In this document: piece by piece, positions 62,201 through 64,000 of the stretch
How the letters are laid out: every line of letters starts with the position of its first letter
Numbering within the stretch: the stretch's first letter is position 1
Source: Glaucostegus cemiculus
Taxonomy: Eukaryota
DNA: 64,000 bases
Assembly (NCBI GenBank): GCA_976551045.1
Contig: CDPCPM010000018.1
Coordinates: 1,178,001-1,242,000 of the forward strand
Direction of reading: 5' to 3'
The notes under the pieces: model-generated
Databases searched by the model: none
What the model saw: the letters and a program-made list of their open reading frames with translations, nothing else
Told to the model about the DNA's origin: nothing
Translations under genes and position numbers: made by a program

Positions 62201-62640
62201 TGAACAGATGATGACTGATTGATCAGTAGATGGTGGGCAGCATCAGCAGATTGGTTGTAGGATGGTTCAGCTGAGGGTCATAAGTTTCAGAGGCATAGGT
62301 GTGGAGAACCAAAAGAGATCCAAGCAAGAACCTACCTTAGACAAAGTCAAACAGTTTATAGTCCACTAACCCATGAATTTTGTGTCCTTGTGCATTCAAG
62401 AGTTATTTCAAATTCTGATAAAATGCTGAAGGCAAATCAGTGAATTGCTAGGAATATCAAGAAATCTTAACATCATATAGCCTGATCCCAAGGTAACTAA
62501 TTAACGAGTTTCATTTCCAGATATCGATGAATGTGCAAACAGATCAACTTGTCAACAAAATTGCAAAAATACAATTGGAAGTTTTGAATGCAGCTGTGAT
62601 GATTTCTTCAGCATCAACAAAGACAATTTGTCATGTGATG
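691..62640 (+). CDS. Internal portion of a giant multi-exon gene for an extracellular protein with ~76 tandem calcium-binding EGF domains (fibrillin-like/mucin-like EGF-array protein); 5' and 3' ends not visible
   Basis: Repeated AG|ACATYGATGAATGT...TGTGATG|GT exons of 126 bp, phase 1-1. Translation has the D-I-D-E-C calcium motif, 6 Cys and C-x-N-x-x-G-S-F-x-C-x-C. Count: 42 type A, 28 intact type B, 6 divergent. No signal peptide, TM segment or stop-containing exon seen. Confidence 0.9.
1386..1511 (+). CDS. cbEGF exon B
   Basis: AG/GT, 126 bp, [42 protein letters not shown]. Confidence 0.85.
2310..2435 (+). CDS. cbEGF exon B
   Basis: AG/GT, 126 bp. Confidence 0.85.
2591..2830 (-). mobile_element. 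tRNA-derived V-SINE (HE1-like)
   Basis: Minus strand: A-box-like tagcatagtggt, B-box ggttcgattcc, V-domain gtctgcgtgggtttcctccgggtgcttcggtttcctcccaca, 3' tail gggccgaaagggcctgtt shared with the CR1 LINE 3' ends in this window. Confidence 0.9.
3217..3342 (+). CDS. cbEGF exon A
   Basis: AG/GT, 126 bp. Confidence 0.85.
3738..3863 (+). CDS. cbEGF exon A
   Basis: AG/GT, 126 bp. Confidence 0.85.
4435..4561 (+). pseudogene. Inactivated cbEGF exon B
   Basis: +1 insertion (tcaattgtga), donor GT>AT, several missense changes. Confidence 0.85.
5028..5153 (+). CDS. cbEGF exon A
   Basis: AG/GT, 126 bp. Confidence 0.85.
5725..5850 (+). CDS. cbEGF exon B
   Basis: AG/GT, 126 bp. Confidence 0.85.
6318..6443 (+). 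CDS. cbEGF exon A
   Basis: AG/GT, 126 bp. Confidence 0.85.
6839..6964 (+). CDS. cbEGF exon A
   Basis: AG/GT, 126 bp. Confidence 0.85.
7536..7661 (+). pseudogene. cbEGF exon B with lost donor
   Basis: tgtgatg|atgaga instead of |gtgaga; frame otherwise open. Confidence 0.75.
8143..8268 (+). CDS. cbEGF exon A
   Basis: AG/GT, 126 bp. Confidence 0.85.
8310..8724 (+). mobile_element. 5'-truncated CR1-clade (HER1-like) LINE 3' end
   Basis: [13 protein letters not shown]...FFTQRVV..WNALP ORF2 C-terminus and (TTGTTCTA)n tail; interrupts consensus attgcaaag|aatattgaatg with no TSD. Confidence 0.93.
9257..9382 (+). CDS. cbEGF exon B
   Basis: AG/GT, 126 bp. Confidence 0.85.
9773..10544 (-). mobile_element. 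5'-truncated L1-clade LINE 3' end
   Basis: [12 protein letters not shown]...AIFG...[16 protein letters not shown]...W...LNLEK resembles an L1 ORF2 C-terminus; AATAAA and A-rich tail on minus strand; 7-bp TSD ATATATT (9766-9772 and 10545-10551). Confidence 0.85.
10702..10827 (+). CDS. cbEGF exon A
   Basis: AG/GT, 126 bp. Confidence 0.85.
11399..11524 (+). CDS. cbEGF exon B
   Basis: AG/GT, 126 bp. Confidence 0.85.
12064..12189 (+). CDS. cbEGF exon A
   Basis: AG/GT, 126 bp. Confidence 0.85.
12586..12711 (+). CDS. cbEGF exon A lacking Cys6 (C>G)
   Basis: AG/GT, 126 bp, ends NAFIGD. Confidence 0.7.
13281..13406 (+). CDS. cbEGF exon B
   Basis: AG/GT, 126 bp. Confidence 0.85.
13874..13999 (+). 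CDS. cbEGF exon A
   Basis: AG/GT, 126 bp. Confidence 0.85.
14569..14694 (+). CDS. cbEGF exon B
   Basis: AG/GT, 126 bp. Confidence 0.85.
15162..15287 (+). CDS. cbEGF exon A
   Basis: AG/GT, 126 bp. Confidence 0.85.
15860..15985 (+). CDS. cbEGF exon B
   Basis: AG/GT, 126 bp. Confidence 0.85.
16453..16578 (+). CDS. cbEGF exon A
   Basis: AG/GT, 126 bp. Confidence 0.85.
17150..17275 (+). CDS. cbEGF exon B
   Basis: AG/GT, 126 bp. Confidence 0.85.
17743..17868 (+). CDS. cbEGF exon A
   Basis: AG/GT, 126 bp. Confidence 0.85.
18439..18564 (+). CDS. cbEGF exon B
   Basis: AG/GT, 126 bp. Confidence 0.85.
19032..19157 (+). CDS. cbEGF exon A
   Basis: AG/GT, 126 bp. Confidence 0.85.
19730..19855 (+). 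CDS. cbEGF exon B
   Basis: AG/GT, 126 bp. Confidence 0.85.
20323..20448 (+). CDS. cbEGF exon A
   Basis: AG/GT, 126 bp. Confidence 0.85.
20843..20968 (+). CDS. cbEGF exon A
   Basis: AG/GT, 126 bp. Confidence 0.85.
21540..21665 (+). CDS. cbEGF exon B
   Basis: AG/GT, 126 bp. Confidence 0.85.
22133..22258 (+). CDS. cbEGF exon A
   Basis: AG/GT, 126 bp. Confidence 0.85.
22829..22954 (+). CDS. cbEGF exon B
   Basis: AG/GT, 126 bp. Confidence 0.85.
23422..23547 (+). CDS. cbEGF exon A (NTIES variant)
   Basis: AG/GT, 126 bp. Confidence 0.8.
23942..24067 (+). CDS. cbEGF exon A
   Basis: AG/GT, 126 bp. Confidence 0.85.
24640..24765 (+). CDS. cbEGF exon B
   Basis: AG/GT, 126 bp. Confidence 0.85.
25233..25358 (+). 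CDS. cbEGF exon A
   Basis: AG/GT, 126 bp. Confidence 0.85.
25929..26054 (+). CDS. cbEGF exon B
   Basis: AG/GT, 126 bp. Confidence 0.85.
26522..26647 (+). CDS. cbEGF exon A
   Basis: AG/GT, 126 bp. Confidence 0.85.
27220..27345 (+). CDS. cbEGF exon B
   Basis: AG/GT, 126 bp. Confidence 0.85.
27813..27938 (+). CDS. cbEGF exon A
   Basis: AG/GT, 126 bp. Confidence 0.85.
28332..28457 (+). CDS. cbEGF exon A
   Basis: AG/GT, 126 bp. Confidence 0.85.
28852..28977 (+). CDS. cbEGF exon A
   Basis: AG/GT, 126 bp. Confidence 0.85.
29549..29674 (+). CDS. cbEGF exon B
   Basis: AG/GT, 126 bp. Confidence 0.85.
30142..30267 (+). CDS. cbEGF exon A
   Basis: AG/GT, 126 bp. Confidence 0.85.
30838..30963 (+). 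CDS. cbEGF exon B
   Basis: AG/GT, 126 bp. Confidence 0.85.
31431..31556 (+). CDS. cbEGF exon A
   Basis: AG/GT, 126 bp. Confidence 0.85.
31950..32075 (+). CDS. cbEGF exon A
   Basis: AG/GT, 126 bp. Confidence 0.85.
32647..32772 (+). CDS. cbEGF exon B (GSSFCRC variant)
   Basis: AG/GT, 126 bp. Confidence 0.8.
33231..33356 (+). CDS. cbEGF exon A
   Basis: AG/GT, 126 bp. Confidence 0.85.
33927..34052 (+). CDS. cbEGF exon B
   Basis: AG/GT, 126 bp. Confidence 0.85.
34520..34645 (+). CDS. cbEGF exon A
   Basis: AG/GT, 126 bp. Confidence 0.85.
35954..35971 (+). promoter_or_regulatory. tRNA-Pro primer binding site
   Basis: TGGGGGCTCGTCCGGGAT, 4 nt after the LTR-terminal CA; matches the classical tRNA-Pro PBS. 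Confidence 0.92.
36122..36457 (+). pseudogene. Truncated Gag N-terminus reading into the inverted LTR segment
   Basis: [30 protein letters not shown]...RKADIQKII downstream of the PBS; resembles Gmr1-type Gag N-termini from memory. Confidence 0.65.
36670..36795 (+). CDS. cbEGF exon B
   Basis: AG/GT, 126 bp. Confidence 0.85.
37263..37388 (+). CDS. cbEGF exon A
   Basis: AG/GT, 126 bp. Confidence 0.85.
37960..38085 (+). CDS. cbEGF exon B
   Basis: AG/GT, 126 bp. Confidence 0.85.
38553..38678 (+). CDS. cbEGF exon A
   Basis: AG/GT, 126 bp. Confidence 0.85.
39147..40592 (+). mobile_element. Fold-back LTR retrotransposon derivative, copy 2 (LTR 39147-39978, PBS 39983-40000, gag start 40151, inverted arm 40398-40592)
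   Basis: Near-identical to 35114-36563, same intron position, same ATAC TSD. Confidence 0.88.
40699..40824 (+). CDS. cbEGF exon B
   Basis: AG/GT, 126 bp. Confidence 0.85.
41279..41404 (+). CDS. cbEGF exon A
   Basis: AG/GT, 126 bp. Confidence 0.85.
41975..42100 (+). CDS. cbEGF exon B
   Basis: AG/GT, 126 bp. Confidence 0.85.
42568..42693 (+). CDS. cbEGF exon A
   Basis: AG/GT, 126 bp. Confidence 0.85.
43264..43389 (+). CDS. cbEGF exon B
   Basis: AG/GT, 126 bp. Confidence 0.85.
43857..43982 (+). CDS. cbEGF exon A
   Basis: AG/GT, 126 bp. Confidence 0.85.
44553..44678 (+). CDS. cbEGF exon B
   Basis: AG/GT, 126 bp. Confidence 0.85.
45146..45271 (+). CDS. cbEGF exon A
   Basis: AG/GT, 126 bp. 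Confidence 0.85.
45843..45968 (+). pseudogene. cbEGF exon B with lost donor
   Basis: tgtgatg|atgata. Confidence 0.8.
46437..46562 (+). CDS. cbEGF exon A
   Basis: AG/GT, 126 bp. Confidence 0.85.
47134..47259 (+). CDS. cbEGF exon B
   Basis: AG/GT, 126 bp. Confidence 0.85.
47727..47852 (+). CDS. cbEGF exon A
   Basis: AG/GT, 126 bp. Confidence 0.85.
48387..48401 (+). pseudogene. Remnant of exon B (acceptor and most of exon deleted)
   Basis: gtgattggat joined directly to gttcagtttgtgatg|gtgag. Confidence 0.8.
48874..48999 (+). CDS. cbEGF exon A (DIVEC variant)
   Basis: AG/GT, 126 bp. Confidence 0.8.
49395..49520 (+). CDS. cbEGF exon A
   Basis: AG/GT, 126 bp. Confidence 0.85.
50092..50217 (+). 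pseudogene. cbEGF exon B with lost donor
   Basis: tgtgatg|atgata. Confidence 0.8.
50686..50811 (+). CDS. cbEGF exon A
   Basis: AG/GT, 126 bp. Confidence 0.85.
51381..51506 (+). CDS. cbEGF exon B
   Basis: AG/GT, 126 bp. Confidence 0.85.
52046..52171 (+). CDS. cbEGF exon A
   Basis: AG/GT, 126 bp. Confidence 0.85.
52397..52462 (+). pseudogene. 3' half of exon B (5' half and upstream intron deleted)
   Basis: gcttcctttgcggatgtaatccaggc...tgtgatg|gtgag fused to intron sequence. Confidence 0.8.
53010..53135 (+). CDS. Divergent cbEGF exon
   Basis: AG/GT; [42 protein letters not shown] (extra Cys). Confidence 0.75.
53651..53776 (+). CDS. Divergent cbEGF exon
   Basis: AG/GT, 126 bp, 6 Cys. Confidence 0.82.
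54713..55055 (+). pseudogene. cbEGF exon disrupted by an insertion; acceptor AG>AC
   Basis: ctgcac|acatcgatgaatgc...aactgtca [insert] aaccgtcaacaaatctgc...tgtaatg|gtgag. Confidence 0.8.
54750..54958 (-). mobile_element. Non-LTR retroelement 3' tail (Rex/Babar-like)
   Basis: (AGAATY)n tail + ttttattgtca (AATAAA on minus strand); 8-bp TSD-like aactgtca/aaccgtca. Confidence 0.6.
55177..55275 (+). pseudogene. Decayed cbEGF exon remnant
   Basis: caaatctgcaccaacacaatcggaagctt with internal deletion, no acceptor, donor lost. Confidence 0.7.
55835..55960 (+). CDS. Divergent cbEGF exon
   Basis: AG/GT, 126 bp, 6 Cys. Confidence 0.85.
56205..58655 (+). mobile_element. CR1-clade LINE, 5'-truncated, disrupted ORF2 (endonuclease C-part + reverse transcriptase)
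   Basis: [20 protein letters not shown] (EN); [26 protein letters not shown] (RT); WNALP C-terminus; frameshifts and stops; gggccgaagggcctgtt 3' UTR. Confidence 0.95.
58948..59073 (+). CDS. Divergent cbEGF exon
   Basis: AG/GT; [42 protein letters not shown]. Confidence 0.85.
59629..59754 (+). CDS. Divergent cbEGF exon
   Basis: AG/GT; [42 protein letters not shown]. Confidence 0.85.
60008..60419 (-). mobile_element. Penelope-like element 3' fragment
   Basis: Minus strand [18 protein letters not shown] (60364-60419) resembles the PLE GIY-YIG C-terminal motif; followed by a pyrimidine-rich UTR and a hammerhead-like motif. Confidence 0.75.
61404..61760 (+). mobile_element. CR1-clade LINE 3' fragment, near-identical to 8310-8724
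   Basis: [18 protein letters not shown]...WNALP; same 3' UTR and tail. Confidence 0.93.
61850..61920 (-). mobile_element. Possible old, degraded LINE RT fragment
   Basis: ctggatgatgttga...actcatccagacaagtgga resembles antisense of a PLAWMS...LDTIQ-type motif. Confidence 0.3.
62521..62640 (+). CDS. Most divergent cbEGF exon (120 bp), outside the homogenised array
   Basis: tttccag|AT...gatg|gtaaag; [40 protein letters not shown]. Confidence 0.88.
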
Positions 62641-63411
62641 GTAAAGTTTATTTGCATATTTCAAATTAAATAAGAACTGTAATTTGTTGCACATTCTAGC
62701 TACAGTACACAAATAGCATCCAAGTTAACGTTGCAGCTTTAATGTTTGAATGTGAAATTTCTATAGTGATTTTAAGGCAGCCATTTGATATGCCTTCATT
62801 CAAGGCATGAATGAATTGAGAGAAAATTATTAAATCATTGTTAAAAGCATAAGTATGTTAATTTACCCGATCACACCAGCATTCATGTAAATTGGCATAT
62901 GACAGACATGACTACTGAATTTGTTCATCTTGACAGTTCACAGCATTGGATTATTTTCTGCAGGAATATCATTATTTCAGTTGCAAATAATGCAACTAAA
63001 GCCTGGAACTGTGGTGAATGTAGCCAAGGCAGAATTGATGGGGTTCACCTTAGTGCGATATGAAGTTGGAAAGAACCCCTTGAATCTGCTTTTGCATTAA
63101 ACACAGAAATCTGGAAGTTGCTTTGAGTGATATCTTCATATTGTATACTTGCAGCTGCATTAAGACAGAATCTGTCATTGATGGTGTCATCTTGAGATAA
63201 CACAGTAGATCTATGGGACTGTCTCTCATCAGAAGCATGTAATCAGTCCTTTCGATACATTCTAGCACATTGATGGACTATAAGACTTAAAGTCCTTTTC
63301 TACACAGAAGCACAATGGCAAATGTTTGAGCTCATAATACAACAGTCAAACATTTGATAGTTTTTGCTTGAAGTGCAATGAGGGTTGATGCATCTATTGG
63401 GTGCTGCATGA

Positions 63412-63928
63412 CAGAATCAGAGTCAGGTTTATTATCACTGTCTTATATCATGAGAAATCTGTTGTTTTACAGCAGCTGTACAGTGCAAAGACATAAAAAA
63501 TTATGAATGACAAAGTAAGTAAATAGTGCATGAAAAAAAGAACAATGAGATAGTGTTCAAGGGTTCATGGAGCATTCAGAAATCTGATGGTGGAAGAGAA
63601 GAAGCTGTTCCTGAATCATTGAGAGTGGGTCTTCAGGCTCCTGTGCCTTATCCCTGATGGTAGTAATGAGGAGAGGGCATGTCTCAGATGGTGACAGTCC
63701 TTAATGGTGGATGCTGTCTTCTTGAGGCACTGCCTCTTGAAGTTGTCCTCGACGATGGGGAGGGTTGTGCCCGCGATGGATTTGGTTGAGTCTGCGACCA
63801 TCTGCAGCCTCTTGCAATCTTGTGCATTGGAGTCTTCATAACAGGCTGTGATGCAACCAGTCAGAATGCTCTCTGCCGTATATCTATAGAAATTTTCAAG
63901 AGTCTTTGGTGACATACCAAATCTCCAA
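63412..63928 (-). mobile_element. Rex1/Babar-clade non-LTR retrotransposon 3' fragment
   Basis: LENFYRYTAESILTGCITA...LLPSGIRHRS C-terminal motif; agaatcagagtcaggtttatt tail. Confidence 0.85.
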
Positions 63929-63933
63929 AAGGC

Positions 63934-64000
63934 CATAAGACATAGGAGTAGAATTAGGCCATTTGGCCTATTGTGTCTGTTCCTCCATTTGATCATGGCT
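63934..64000 (-). mobile_element. 3' end of another CR1-type LINE/SINE running out of the window
   Basis: cataagacataggagtagaattaggccatt, a typical reverse-complemented elasmobranch CR1 tail. Confidence 0.6.

Noticed and set aside
691-62640. Assignment to FBN1/2/3, NOTCH, LTBP or ADGRE
   Set aside because: No TB, LNR, GAIN or other diagnostic domain is visible, and the near-identical repeats do not match the divergent repeats of those genes. No symbol can be supported.
62964-63100. Possible further exon after ttattttctgcag
   Set aside because: The phase-1 reading is open for only ~45 codons with no recognisable domain; unsupported without transcripts.

Overview
Eukaryotic genomic DNA, very probably from a cartilaginous fish: it carries a V-SINE/HE1-type SINE and CR1/HER1-type LINEs, the pair typical of sharks and rays. 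Almost the whole window is an internal part of one + strand gene built from a tandem array of symmetric phase-1 micro-exons. Each is 126 bp (last one 120 bp) and encodes one calcium-binding EGF domain (e.g. [42 protein letters not shown]). By manual count there are 80 full-length copies: 76 with intact AG/GT splice sites (about 3190 aa if all are spliced) and 4 that have lost the donor. Several deleted or decayed remnants are also present. The core is a ~1290-bp A/B dimer repeat in which introns are homogenised along with exons, with higher-order duplications and older diverged edges. The gene's start and end are not visible, so no symbol is assigned. Insertions in the introns: a V-SINE, CR1 LINE fragments, an L1-clade 3' end, Rex/Babar fragments, a Penelope-like fragment with a hammerhead-like motif, and two copies of an unusual fold-back LTR-retrotransposon derivative (LTR + tRNA-Pro PBS + gag start + inverted LTR end, 4-bp TSD). 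All coordinates and counts were made by eye.
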